This document shows positions 39,792 to 51,260 of a stretch of 64,000 bases of DNA, piece after piece. Position 1 is the first letter of the stretch. The number at the start of each line of letters is the position of its first letter. Source of the stretch: Polyangiales bacterium (GTDB lineage: Bacteria > Myxococcota_A > Polyangia > Polyangiales > JADJQN01); assembly GCA_964202905.1 (NCBI GenBank), contig CAXNJO010000002.1, positions 32,001 through 96,000 of the forward strand, in the 5' to 3' direction. The notes beneath the pieces were generated by a model. The model saw only the letters and a program-made list of their open reading frames with translations, did no database searches and had not been told where the DNA came from. The translations under genes were made by a program, and so were the position numbers.

Positions 39792-42700
39792 AAAACGCGC
39801 GCAAGACCATGAATTCATTGACCTTCACGCCCTCCGCCTCCCGTCTTGCGCGGGCGGCTTCGCTCCTCGCGCTGCTCACCGCGCTCGCCTCGTGCGCGGG
39901 GGAGAAGCCCCCGACGCAGGTGCTCGTCTACGTCTGGGCCGAGCCCGGCGTCGCGGCCCGCACGGCGGCCGTGGACCTACGCGTCGACAGCTTCGACGAC
40001 GCGGCGGCGACCACGCCCTCGCGCCTCGCCGTCGAGCAGGAGGTCACGGCGCCGAGCGTCGGCGCGTTCGAGTTCCCGTATCGCCTCGCCCTCGCGCCCA
40101 CGGGCGACGACGGGAGCCGCGAGTACCTCGTGACGGCCACGGCCCGCAGCGCCGCGGACGGCGTCGGCGCCGATCCGGTGGGCGACGACACCGCCTTCAT
40201 CGCGCGCACGCTCGTGCGCGCGGGCTACGAGCAGGGGCGCACGATGCGCCTCGACGTCTGGCTCCGCGACGCCTGCGCCGACGTGCCCTGCCCCGGCGCC
40301 AGCGAGGCGTGCGACCCCGCCACCGGCGCGTGCGCCCCGCCGCTGCGGGGCGAGCTCGTGCCCGTCGACACGGACACGGACACCGACGCCGGCGCACGCG
40401 ACGCGGCCTCCGACATGGCGCCCACCGACGCGTCCCTCGACCTCGCGCTCGACGCGGGTGACACCGATGCAGGCGACGGCCGGCGAGGTCGACGCGGGCG
40501 ACGTCGACGCGGGCCTCGACGCAGGCACGGACTCGGGCGTGGACGCCTTCGGGATCGACGCCGGCTGCACCAGCGATCCCGGGACGCCGTGCGATCTGCC
40601 GGACCAGCCCTGCGTCAACGCCTCGCTCCGCTGCGAGTCGGGCGCGGTCGTGTGCCGCGCGTCGATGGTCTTCAAGGCCGTAGGCACCGAGTGCCGCGCC
40701 TCCGCGGGGATCTGCGACACCGCCGAGGCCTGCGACGGGGTGAACCCCGCGTGTCCGGTCGATGCCTTCGAGCCGGCCACGACCGTGTGTCGGACGGCGA
40801 GCAGCGGCCTGCCGTGCGACGTGCCCGAGACGTGCAGCGGCACGAGCGCGGCGTGCCCGGCGAACGTCTTCGCGACCGCCGGCACGCTCTGCCGCGCGGC
40901 GGCGGGCGCGTGCGACGTGGCCGAGGTGTGCAACGGCACCGCCGGCGGCTGCCCCACGGACGCCGTGGCGTCCACGACCACGGTGTGCCGAGCCGCCGAC
41001 GGCGCCTGCGACACCGCAGAGTCGTGCAACGGCACGACCTCGGCGTGCCCGGCGGATGCCTTCCTGCCCGCAAGCACGACGTGCCGCGCGGCCGCCGGCA
41101 CGTGCGACCTCGCCGAGGCCTGCTCCGGCGCGGCAGCGGCGTGCCCCGCCGACACCTTCGTGGCCTCGACGATGACCTGCCGCATGAGCGCGGGCGCCTG
41201 CGACCTCGCCGAATCGTGCACGGGCGCGAGCGCCGTCTGTCCCGCGGACGGGCTCGCGTCCGCGACCACCGTCTGCCGCGCAGCCGCTGCGGGCGGATGC
41301 GACGTCGCCGAGTCGTGCAACGGCTCGAGCACGATGTGTCCCGCGGACGCCTTCGCGGCCGTCGGGACGGCGTGCTCGGGGGGCTTCTGCCCCGGCACGA
41401 CGTCCATGTGCACGGCGGGCTGCACGCCCGGCGTCGCGTGCGACGTACCCGGCGCTCCCTGCAGCGTCGGCGCGATCAGCTGCTCCGGGACCGGGATGCC
41501 CACGTGCGTCGCGACCGGCGTGAAGTCCGCGGGCACGAGCTGCCGCGCGGCGGTCGCCGGCGGCTGCGACGTCGCGGAACTCTGCAACGGCATCGCGACC
41601 ACCTGCCCTTCGGACACCGTGCGGCCGCTCGGCACCGGGTGCCGGGCAGCGAGCGGGGCGTGCGACGTCGCCGAGACGTGCAGCGGCACGTCGGCCACCT
41701 GCCCCGCCGACTCCGTCGCGACCGCGACGACCATCTGCCGCGCGGCCGCCGGCCCCTGCGACGTCGCCGACCGCTGCGACGGGACGGGCACGTTGTGCCC
41801 CAGCGATGTCTTCGCGTCGTCGGCCACGGGGTGCCGCAGCTCGGCCGGCGTGTGCGACGTCGCCGAGACGTGCACCGGCGCAGGCGCGATGTGCCCCATG
41901 GACACACGCGTCACGGCCGGCACCGTGTGCCGCGCTGCGTCGTTGGGCGGCTGCGACGTCGCCGAGGCGTGCACGGCCGCGAGCGTCGACTGCCCCGCCA
42001 ACACCTTCGCGCCCGCGACCACGATCTGCCGCGCGGCCCTCGAGACCGGCTGCGACATCGCCGACTTCTGCACGGGCGCGAGCGCGATGTGCCCCTTGGA
42101 CGCCGTCGCATCGGCGGGGACAGTGTGCCGCGCCGGCTCCGAGTGCGACGTGCCCGAGGTGTGCAGCGGCACGTCGAACGCGTGCCCGACGAACGCGCTC
42201 GCACCCGCGGGCACCATCTGCCGCAGCAGCACCGGCGTCTGCGACGTGGCCGAGACCTGCACGGGCGGCTCCACCGCGTGCCCGGCCCAGATCTCCACCA
42301 CCGGCACCGTCTGCCGCGCCGCCGCAGGCCCGTGCGACATCCAGGAGACGTGTTCGGCGACCGGCGCATGCCCCAGCGACACGCTCCGCCCGAACACCCA
42401 TGTGTGCAGCGCCGCGGCCGGCGCGTGCGATCTCCAGGACTTCTGCAGCGGCACCAGCGCCGCCTGCGTCGATCTGAAGCGGCCGAGCACCTTCGAGTGC
42501 CGGGCGTCGGCCGGCAAGTGCGACCTCGCGGAGGTTTGCTCGGGCACCTCGAACAACTGCCCGTCCGACGCCTTCCAGCCCGCGATGTTCGTGTGTCGCC
42601 CCGAGTGCGGGCTCTGCGACGCCCCCGAAAAATGCACCGGCACGGGCGCGACGTGCCCGACGGACACGTTCACCCCCACGGGCTTCTCATGCGATCCGGG

Positions 42701-42900
42701 GCTCGGCGGGAGTTGCGGCACCGGCCTCTGCGAACCAGCGATGGGCGGTGCAATTTCAGCGGGTCCAGCTGCGGGGGGGGTGCGTGAGCTGCACGACGGT
42801 GGGCGCCCCCTGCGGCACGACGGGCTTCTGCTTCTGCAACTCCAGCAACAAGTGCCAGTGCCCCGCGAACGCGTGCATGTTCAGCGACGGCGGCCCGTGA
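39788..42900 (+). CDS. Large lipoprotein with 19 disintegrin-like Cys repeats (frameshifts ~40478, ~42735, ~42775)
   Basis: Lipobox LASC, DAG linker and repeats CRxxxGxCDxAExCxGxxxxCPxD. The Cys-rich tail ends ...MFSDGGP at TGA 42900 in another frame. Confidence 0.8.
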
Positions 42901-43013
42901 CGACGACGGCGCCACGGGGCGGGGGGCCTCCATCTCCGCGTCCGCATCCCCGCCCGCATCGATAACGCACTGCGTCGAAAACGCGCCCGACCTTGCTATG
43001 CTCGGCGCTTCCG

Positions 43014-46000
43014 ATGTCGCAGCATCCGCCTTCTCCCCCGCCCGGCGCGCCTGCCCGCGCGCCACTCTCCTCGGCCGCTCACGAACATGACGCCTGCGGC
43101 GTCGGCTTCATCGCCCACCTCCGCGGCCAGCGCTCGCACGCCGTCGTCGCGCACGGCCTGACCGCGCTCGAGAAGCTCGCGCACCGCGCGGCGACGGGCG
43201 CCGAGGCCGACACGGGCGACGGCGCAGGCGTGATGATCCAGATCCCCGACGCGCTCGTGCGCGCGGAGCTGCAGCGCACCGGCGTGTTCCTGCCGCCGCC
43301 CGGCCAGTACGCGATGGGGCTCTTCTTCGGCTCGCCCGACGCGCAGGCCTGCGCCCTCGCGAAGATGCTCTTCGCGATGATCGTGCGGCAGGAGGGGCTG
43401 CAGCTCCTCGGCTGGCGCGAGGTGCCGACGGACAACCGGCACATCGGCCGGACGGCGCGCGCCGTCGAGCCGCAGATGCTCCACGTCTTCGTGGGCGCGG
43501 CGCCCTCCCCCGCGCGCGGCCCCGGCGACGACGCGCCCTTCGATCAGGAAGCGCTCGAGCGCAAGCTCTACGTCGTCCGCAAGCGCTTCCAGACGACCAT
43601 CTGGCAGAGCGGCATCGACGATCGGCAGTACTTCCACGTGCCGTCGCTCTCGAGCCGCACCACCGTCTACAAGGGCATGCTCATGCCGGAGCAGGTGCGC
43701 GCGTACTTCCCGGATCTGCGGGATCGCGCGCACCGAGAGCGCGCTGTGCATGTTCCACAGCCGCTTCTCGACCAACACCTTCCCGAGCTGGGAGCTCGCG
43801 CACCCCTACTCGATGCTCGCGCACAACGGCGAGATCAACACGCTGCGCGGCAACATCAGCTGGATGCGGGCGCGCGAGGCGATGCTCGCGTCGCCGCTCT
43901 TCCGCGACGACATCGAGAAGCTCCTCCCCATCGCGCGAGAGGGTCTCTCCGACAGCGCCGTGCTCGACGGCGTGCTCGAGCTGCTCGTGCGCGGAGGCCG
44001 CTCGCTGCCACACGCGATGATGATGCTCATCCCGGAGGCGTGGGAGGGAAACCCCGCGATGAGCCAGGAAAAGAAGGCGTTTTACGCCTATCACGGCTGC
44101 ATGATGGAGCCGTGGGACGGCCCCGCCGCGGTGATGTTCACCGACGGCCGCGACATCGGCGCGGTGCTCGATCGCAACGGTCTGCGGCCCTCGCGCTACT
44201 GGATCACGCGCGACGATCTGGTCGTCGTCGCGAGCGAGGTGGGCGTGCTCGACGTGCCGCCCGAGCAGATCGTGAAGAAGGGCCGCCTCGAGCCGGGGCG
44301 CATGTTCCTCGTCTCGCTCGAGGAGGGCCGCATCGTCGAAGACGACGAGCTCAAGCGCCGCCTCTGCGCCGAGCGGCCCTACGCCGCGTGGCTCGACGAG
44401 CACCTCATCGAGCTCGACGAGCTGCCCGCGGGCGAGCCTGCGCCGGCGCTCACCGGGGACGCGCTGCGCCGCACGCAGGCCGCGTTCGGCTACTCGGCCG
44501 AGGACCTCAAGTACCTCCTCGCGCCGATGGCCGAGACGGGTCAGGAGGCGCTCGGCTCGATGGGCCAGGACGCGGCGCTGCCCGCGCTCTCCGCGCAGCC
44601 ACAGTCGCTGTACGCGTACTTTCAACAGCTCTTCGCGCAGGTCACGAACCCGCCGCTCGACGCGATCCGCGAAGAGCTCGTGACGAGCGTGAAGACGGTC
44701 ATCGGGCCGGAGGGCAACCTCCTCGCGGAGGAGCCCGACAGCTGCCACCTCGTCACGCTCGACTCCCCGTTCCTCACGGCCGCGGACATGGCGAAGCTCA
44801 AGGGGCTCGGCGTCGAGGACCTGCCCGTCCGCACGCTCGACATGGTCTTCCCCGCGGCGGACGGCCCCGCCGGGCTCGACCCCGCGCTGCAGGCGCTCTT
44901 CGCGAAGGCCGATCACGCGATCACCGAAGGCGCGCGCGTGCTCGTGCTCTCGGACCGCGCGCAGTCCGCGGCGCTCGCGCCCATCCCGGCGCTGCTGGCG
45001 GTCGCTGGGCTGCACAACCACCTCGTCCGCGAGAAGAAGCGCACGCGCGTCACGCTCCTCGTCGAGACGGGCGACGCGCGCGAGGTGCACCACGTCGCGG
45101 CGCTCGTCGGCTACGGCGCGAGCGCGGTCTGCCCGTGGCTCGCGCTGGAGTCGATCGCGGGGCTCTGCGCGGACGGCGAGCTGCCCGCGTCGATCGACGT
45201 CGCGCGCGCGCAGAAGCAGTACCTCGCCGCCGTGAAGAAGGGCGTCGTGAAGGTGATGTCCAAGATGGGCATCAGCACGATCAACTCCTACCGCGGCGCG
45301 CAGCAGTTCGAGTGCGTCGGGCTCTCGCGCGAGCTCGTCGATCGCTACTTCACGCACACCGCGTCGCGCCTCGGCGGCATCGGCATCGTCGAGGTCGCCG
45401 CCGAGCTCCTCGCGCACCACCGCCACGCGCACGCGACGCGCCTCCCCGGGGCGCACCCCGCCCTGCGCCAGGGCGGGCTGTACCAGTGGCGGCGCGATGG
45501 CGAGGTGCACCTCTTCGACCCGGACACGGTCTTCAAGCTGCAGCACGCGACGCGCACGGGGCAGCGCCGGATCTTCTCCGAGTACACCGCGCGGGTGAAC
45601 GAGCAGGCCCGGCACGCCACGCTGCGCGGGCTCTTCGAGTTCCGCTGGGCGGACGCGCCCGTGCCGCTCGAGGAGGTCGAGCCCGTCGAGGCGATCGTGC
45701 GGCGCTTCGCGACCGGCGCGATGAGCTACGGCTCGATCAGCGAGGAGGCCCACGAGACGCTCGCCATCGCGATGAACCGCCTCGGTGGCCGCTCGAACAG
45801 CGGCGAGGGCGGCGAGGACCCGGCGCGCTACACGCCGCTGCCCGACGGCACGCGCCGCGCGAGCGCCATCCACCAGGTCGCCTCGGGCCGCTTCGGCGTG
45901 ACGAGCGAGTACCTCGTCCAGTGCACCGAGTTGCAGATCAAGATGGCGCAGGGCGCCAAGCCCGGTGAGGGCGGCCAGCTCCCGGGGAACAAGGTCTACC

Positions 46001-47625
46001 CGTGGATCGCGCGCGTGCGCTTCGCGACCGCGGGCGTCGGCCTGATCTCGCCGCCGCCGCACCACGACATCTACTCGATCGAGGACCTCGCGCAGCTCAT
46101 CCACGATCTGAAATGCGCGAATCCGAGAGCGCGTATCAGCGTGAAGCTCGTCGCCGAGGTCGGCGTCGGCACCGTCGCTGCGGGCGTCGCGAAGGCGAAG
46201 AGCGACGTCGTGCTCATCAGCGGACACGACGGCGGTACGGGCGCGTCGCCCCTCACCTCGCTCAAGCACGCGGGCGCACCGTGGGAGCTCGGCCTCGCCG
46301 AGGCGCAGCAGACGCTCGTCGACAACGGCCTGCGCGACCGCATCGTCGTGCAGGTCGACGGGCAGCTGAAGACGGGGCGTGACGTGGTCGTCGCCGCGCT
46401 GCTCGGCGCCGAGGAGTACGGCTTCGCGACCGCGCCGCTCGTCGTGATGGGCTGCGTGATGATGCGCGTCTGCCACCTCGACACCTGCCCCGTCGGCATC
46501 GCGACGCAGAGCCCGCGGCTGCGCGAGCGCTTCACGGGCCGCGCCGAGCACGTGATGAACTTCTTCCGCTTCATCGCCGAGGAGGTCCGCGAGCACCTCG
46601 CGCGGCTCGGCTTCCGCACGCTCGACGAGGCGATCGGCCGCGCCGACCTGCTCCGCGCGGGCGACGCGCTCGACGACGTGAAGACCCGCAGCCTGGATCT
46701 CGCGCCGCTCTTCGCGCGCTCGGCGCGCGCCGGCGAGGTGTCGCCGCGCTGCGTGACGACGCAGGACCACGGCCTCGAGGACAAGCTCGACCTGCAGCTC
46801 ATCGACGCCGCCGCGCCCGCGCTCGAGCGCGCCGAGCGCGTCGCGCTGACCTACCCGATCCGCAACGTCGATCGCACCGCGGGCACGATGCTCGGCAGCG
46901 AGGTCACGCGGCGCTTCGGGGCAGCGGGCCTGCCCGACGACACCATCGACCTCACCTTCCACGGCTCGGCCGGGCAGAGCTTCGGCGCGTTCATCCCACG
47001 CGGCGTGACGCTCCGTCTCGAGGGCGACGGCAACGACTACGTCGGCAAGGGGCTCTCGGGCGGCCGGATCGCCGTGCGACCGCCGCGCGCGGCGACCTTC
47101 GTACCCGAGGAGAACATCGTCATCGGCAACGTCGTGCTCTACGGCGCGACGAGCGGCGAGGCCTTCTTCCGCGGCCTCGCGGGCGAGCGCTTCTGCGTGC
47201 GCAACAGCGGCGCGCACGCGGTCGTCGAGGGCGTCGGCGACCACGGCTGCGAGTACATGACGGGCGGGCGCGTCGTCGTGCTCGGGCGCACGGGGCGGAA
47301 CTTCGCGGCCGGCATGTCGGGCGGCGTCGCCTTCGTGCTCGCGGGCGCGCCGGGCAGCCCGGAGCGCGCGGCCTTCGAGGGCCGCGTGAACCGTGAGCTC
47401 GTGCGGCTCGGCCCGGTCACGGACGCCGAGGATCGCGCGACGCTGCGCGCGCTCGTCGCCAAGCACTTCGCGGCGACGGACAGCCAGCCGGCTGGCCGGC
47501 TGCTCGCCGACTGGGAGGCCGCGCTCCCGCGCTTCGTGTGCGTGATCCCGGTCGAGTACGAGAAGGCGCGCGAGCGCGAGCGGCGGCTGCGCGCGGAGCA
47601 GGCCCGCGAACAGGCCGCGGAATAA
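43014..47625 (+). CDS. gltB: Glutamate synthase large subunit (single frameshift ~43725)
   Basis: Motifs [41 protein letters not shown] and CHLDTCPVG. The two ORFs join at DLRD/[11 protein letters not shown]. Confidence 0.95.
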
Positions 47626-47637
47626 GGCGAGGACACG

Positions 47638-49095
47638 ATGGGCAAGCCGACCGGGTTCCTCGAGCACGTCCGCGAGCTGCCGCGCAGGCGGCCCGTGGAA
47701 GAGCGCAAGCGCGATCACCTCGAGATCTACGAGGAGATGCCGCGCGACAAGCTCCGCACGCAGGCCTCGCGCTGCATGGACTGCGGGATCCCCTTCTGTC
47801 ACCAGGGGTGTCCGCTCGGGAACCTCATCCCCGACTGGAACGACCTCGTCTACCGCGATCGCTGGCGCGACGCGCTCGCGCGGCTTCACGCGACGAACAA
47901 CTTCCCCGAGTTCACCGGGCGGCTCTGCCCCGCGCCCTGCGAGGCCGCGTGCGTGCTCGGCATCGGCGACGCGCCGGTGACCATCAAGCAGGTGGAGCAA
48001 TCGATCGTCGATCACGGCTGGCAGCAGGGCTGGATCGTGCCCGAGCCCGCCGCGGAGAAGACGGGCAAGCGCGTCGCCATCGTCGGGAGCGGCCCCGCAG
48101 GGCTCGCGGCCGCGCAGCAGCTCGCGCGCGTCGGGCACGCGGTCACCGTGTACGAGCGCGCCGACCGCGTCGGCGGGCTGCTCCGCTACGGGATCCCCGA
48201 CTTCAAGATGGAGCGCATGCAGCTCGAGCGGCGGCTCGCGCAGCTCGAGGCCGAGGGGGTCGTGTTCCGCACGAACGCGGACGTCGGACGCGGCATCGAC
48301 GTCGACGTGCTGCGCTCCGAGTCGGACGCGGTGCTGCTCGCGACGGGCGCCTCCCGCGCCCGCGACCTCGACGTGCCCGGGCGGCGCGCGGGCGAGCCGC
48401 CGCTTCATGGCGTGCACCTCGCGATGGAATACCTCGAGCAGGAGAACCGCACGATCGCGGGCGAGACCATCCCCGACGCGCATCGCATCGACGCGCGCGG
48501 CAAGCGGGTGATCATCCTCGGCGGCGGCGACACGGGCGCGGACTGCCTCGGCACCGCGCACCGGCAGGGCGCGCGCGAGGTGCTCCAGTTCGAGCTGATG
48601 GACCGCCCGCCCGAGGCGCGCGGCGAGGCGGATCCGTGGCCGCTCTGGCCGCACGTGTTCCGCACCTCGGCCGCGCACGAGGAGGGCGGCGAGCGCATCT
48701 ACTCGGTGCTCACGACGCACCTCACGGGCGATCGCGGTGCCCTCACGCACCTGCACGGCGCGCAGGTCGCGTGGTCCCGCGACGCGCGCGGCCGCATGGC
48801 GCCCCGCCCCGTGCCGGGCACGGAGTTCGTCGAGGACTGCGACCTCCTGCTGCTCGCGATGGGCTTCGTCGGCCCGGAGCGCTCGCCGCTGCTCGAGGCG
48901 CTCGGCGTCGAGCTCGACCTGCGCGGCAACGTGCGCGGCGACGCGCGGTTCGGGACGAACGTGCCCGGCGTCTTCGTCGCGGGCGACGCGCACCGCGGCG
49001 CGTCGCTCATCGTGTGGGCCATCGCCGAGGGCCGCGCGGCCGCGCGCGCGATCGACGCGCAGCTCATGGGGAGCACGAGCCTGCCGGCCGTGTGA
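47638..49095 (+). CDS. gltD: Glutamate synthase small subunit
   Basis: Motifs MGKPTGF, RCMDCGIPFC, NNFPEFTGRLCPAPCE and GGGDTGADC. Confidence 0.97.
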   Translation: MGKPTGFLEHVRELPRRRPVEERKRDHLEIYEEMPRDKLRTQASRCMDCGIPFCHQGCPLGNLIPDWNDLVYRDRWRDALARLHATNNFPEFTGRLCPAPCEAACVLGIGDAPVTIKQVEQSIVDHGWQQGWIVPEPAAEKTGKRVAIVGSGPAGLAAAQQLARVGHAVTVYERADRVGGLLRYGIPDFKMERMQLERRLAQLEAEGVVFRTNADVGRGIDVDVLRSESDAVLLATGASRARDLDVPGRRAGEPPLHGVHLAMEYLEQENRTIAGETIPDAHRIDARGKRVIILGGGDTGADCLGTAHRQGAREVLQFELMDRPPEARGEADPWPLWPHVFRTSAAHEEGGERIYSVLTTHLTGDRGALTHLHGAQVAWSRDARGRMAPRPVPGTEFVEDCDLLLLAMGFVGPERSPLLEALGVELDLRGNVRGDARFGTNVPGVFVAGDAHRGASLIVWAIAEGRAAARAIDAQLMGSTSLPAV

Positions 49096-49177
49096 GCGCA
49101 CGCGGGGCGTCCACGCGGGTCGACGGCACGGACCACGCGGCGTGACGGCCGCGCCGCTCCCGTGCTACCCCGCCGCG

Positions 49178-49642
49178 ATGCTCGAGCACACGGCCCTCCT
49201 CCTCCATCTCGTCGGCTTCGCGGCGTACGTCGGCGCGGGTTTCACGCAGCAGCGCCTCGTCGCGATGTCGGCCGCGCCGGGGCTCGCGCCCGCGGTGCGC
49301 GACGCCTGGGAGAAACTCGCGGCGACGGTCGTGACGAAGTTCGAGCTGCCCGCGATCTTCCTCTCGATCGCGAGCGGCATCCTCTTCCTCGTGCACGAGC
49401 CGGCGTACCTGCGGCAGGCCGCGTGGTTCCACCCGAAGCTCACGTGCGTGCTCTTGATGCTGGTGCTCTCGCACCTCGAGATGTTCAACGCGCGCCGCAT
49501 CGTGCGCGCGCGCGCCTCGGGCGCGGCGGACGCAGAGTCCGACATCGCCGCGCGCAAACGTCGGCACGGCATCATGGGCAGCTTCGGCGCGCTGCTCGTC
49601 GCCATCGTGCTCATCCTCGTGTGCTTCGTGCGCACGGCCTGA
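49178..49642 (+). CDS. Small integral membrane protein (CopD/HemJ/DUF2269-like)
   Basis: Four hydrophobic segments, LHL near the N-terminus, and WFHPKLTCV. Confidence 0.6.
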   Translation: MLEHTALLLHLVGFAAYVGAGFTQQRLVAMSAAPGLAPAVRDAWEKLAATVVTKFELPAIFLSIASGILFLVHEPAYLRQAAWFHPKLTCVLLMLVLSHLEMFNARRIVRARASGAADAESDIAARKRRHGIMGSFGALLVAIVLILVCFVRTA

Positions 49643-49655
49643 GCGCGGCGCGGCG

Positions 49656-50075
49656 ATGGCGTTTCGCACGCAGATCCAGGTCCGCTTCAGCGACGAGGAC
49701 CACGCGCGGATCGTGTATTTTCCGCGCTTTTTCCACTTCTTCCACGTGGCCTTCGAGGACTTCTTCGCCGCGCACGGTGTGCCCTACCGCGACGTCCTCG
49801 ACGTCGATCGCTGCGGCTGGCCGGCGGTGCGCGCCGAGGCCGATTTCGAGCGCACGCTGCGCTTCGGCGACCTCCTCGAGCTCGAGCTCGCCGTCGAGCG
49901 CCTCGGCACGAGCAGCGCGATCTTCCTCTACCGCGGACACCGTCACGGCGAGCACGAGGACGTCTGCCGCGGGCGCATCACGGTCGTGTGCGTCGACATG
50001 GACTCCTTCGAGTCGCGGCCGATCCCCGACAAATATCGGGAGATGTTCGCGCGTCACCTGCTGCAGCAGGGCTGA
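49656..50075 (+). CDS. Acyl-CoA thioesterase (4HBT hot-dog family)
   Basis: Motifs VRFSDEDHARIVYFPRF, LRFGD and LGTSS. Confidence 0.88.
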   Translation: MAFRTQIQVRFSDEDHARIVYFPRFFHFFHVAFEDFFAAHGVPYRDVLDVDRCGWPAVRAEADFERTLRFGDLLELELAVERLGTSSAIFLYRGHRHGEHEDVCRGRITVVCVDMDSFESRPIPDKYREMFARHLLQQG

Positions 50076-50120
50076 CGGCGGGCGCCGGCGCGTGCGTCCC
50101 CCCGCGCGGCGCGCGGCGCC

Positions 50121-50498
50121 TCACGCGAGCGGGAAACCCGCGACGTCGAGCGTGCAGAGCCCGACGCGGTTGCCCTCGGGGTCCTGCACGTAGAGCGTGT
50201 AGGCCGTGCGCTCGACGACCTCGACGCCGTGCGCGGCGAGGCGCGCCTCCCACGGTGCGCGCTCCCCGGGCGCGATGGCGAGCGCGAGCAGGTGCAGCCC
50301 CGCGCGCTCGCTGCGGAACGGCACCGCGGCGGGCGGGTCCGCGCAGCGCTCGAGCATGAGCACCGCGCCCTCGCCGAGCGCGAGCCAAACCGCGCCCTCG
50401 CGCGGACGCCCGAGCACGGCGAGACCGAGCACGCGCGCGTAGAAGTGTTCGGCGGCGGCGAGGTCGTGCACCCGGAGCGCGAGGTGATGAATCCGCAT
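50121..50498 (-). CDS. VOC/glyoxalase family protein
   Basis: MRIHHLALRVHDL..FYARVLGL and YVQDPEGNRV. Confidence 0.9.
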   Translation of the reverse strand: MRIHHLALRVHDLAAAEHFYARVLGLAVLGRPREGAVWLALGEGAVLMLERCADPPAAVPFRSERAGLHLLALAIAPGERAPWEARLAAHGVEVVERTAYTLYVQDPEGNRVGLCTLDVAGFPLA

Positions 50499-50577
50499 CG
50501 ACGGCCCGCAGCGTAACGCGCGCGTACGGCTTGGCCTGCCGCGCGCGTCGCGTATCCTCGACTGCGGAGCCCACCCG

Positions 50578-51202
50578 ATGTCCAACACGACGCCCTCGAC
50601 CTCGCTGCGCAACCGCCTCGCGCTCGCTCGCTTCGCCCTCGCGCCCCTCTGCGCCCTGCTCCTCGCCGTCGTCGGCTGTGGCGACGACGCTGCGCCCGCT
50701 CCCGCGACGGACGCGAGCACCACGGACCTCGGAGGCGACGACGCGTCGCTCGATGACGGCGGCGGCGACGACGCGAGCACGTTCGATGCGGCCACAGGCG
50801 ACGCGGGCGCCGAGGACGCCGGTGCCGACGATGCAGGCGGCGGCGACGCGGGTGCGGACGACGCGGGCGGCAGCGACGCGGGCGGCGGCGACGCGGGCGG
50901 CAGCGACGCGGGCGGCGGCGACGCGGGCGGCAGCGACGCGGGCGGCCGGGATGTGCACGCTGCGGCCGCGCACGGGTTGCTGCTTCGCCGACAGCGACTG
51001 CGGTCCGCGCGAGCGCTGCGTCGGCAGCGTGTGCGACGCGAGCGGTGAGGGCGTGTGCAAGTCGGATCCGCCGGGGCCCGACACCTGCTGGGACGACAAG
51101 GACTGCCGCAGCGGCACGACGTGCATGAGCGCGAACATCTGCCCCTGCGGTGCCGCGTGCTTCGTCGCGGACAGGCCCGGCGTCTGCGTCCCCACGATCT
51201 GA
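50578..51202 (+). CDS. Small Cys-rich lipoprotein with DAGG repeats (frameshift ~50946)
   Basis: Lipobox VVGC and a DAGG[GS] array at ~50800-50945. A Cys-rich C-terminus in the next frame ends GVCVPTI. Confidence 0.72.
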
Positions 51203-51260
51203 GCGCGCCGCGCACCTGCGCCCCGCCTCCGCGTCCGACACTGAATCACCATTCAGCGAC

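Noticed and set aside
43014..47625. gltB as pseudogene or programmed frameshift
   Set aside because: A single indel in a CG run, both halves and gltD fully conserved, and similar indels occur throughout the window.
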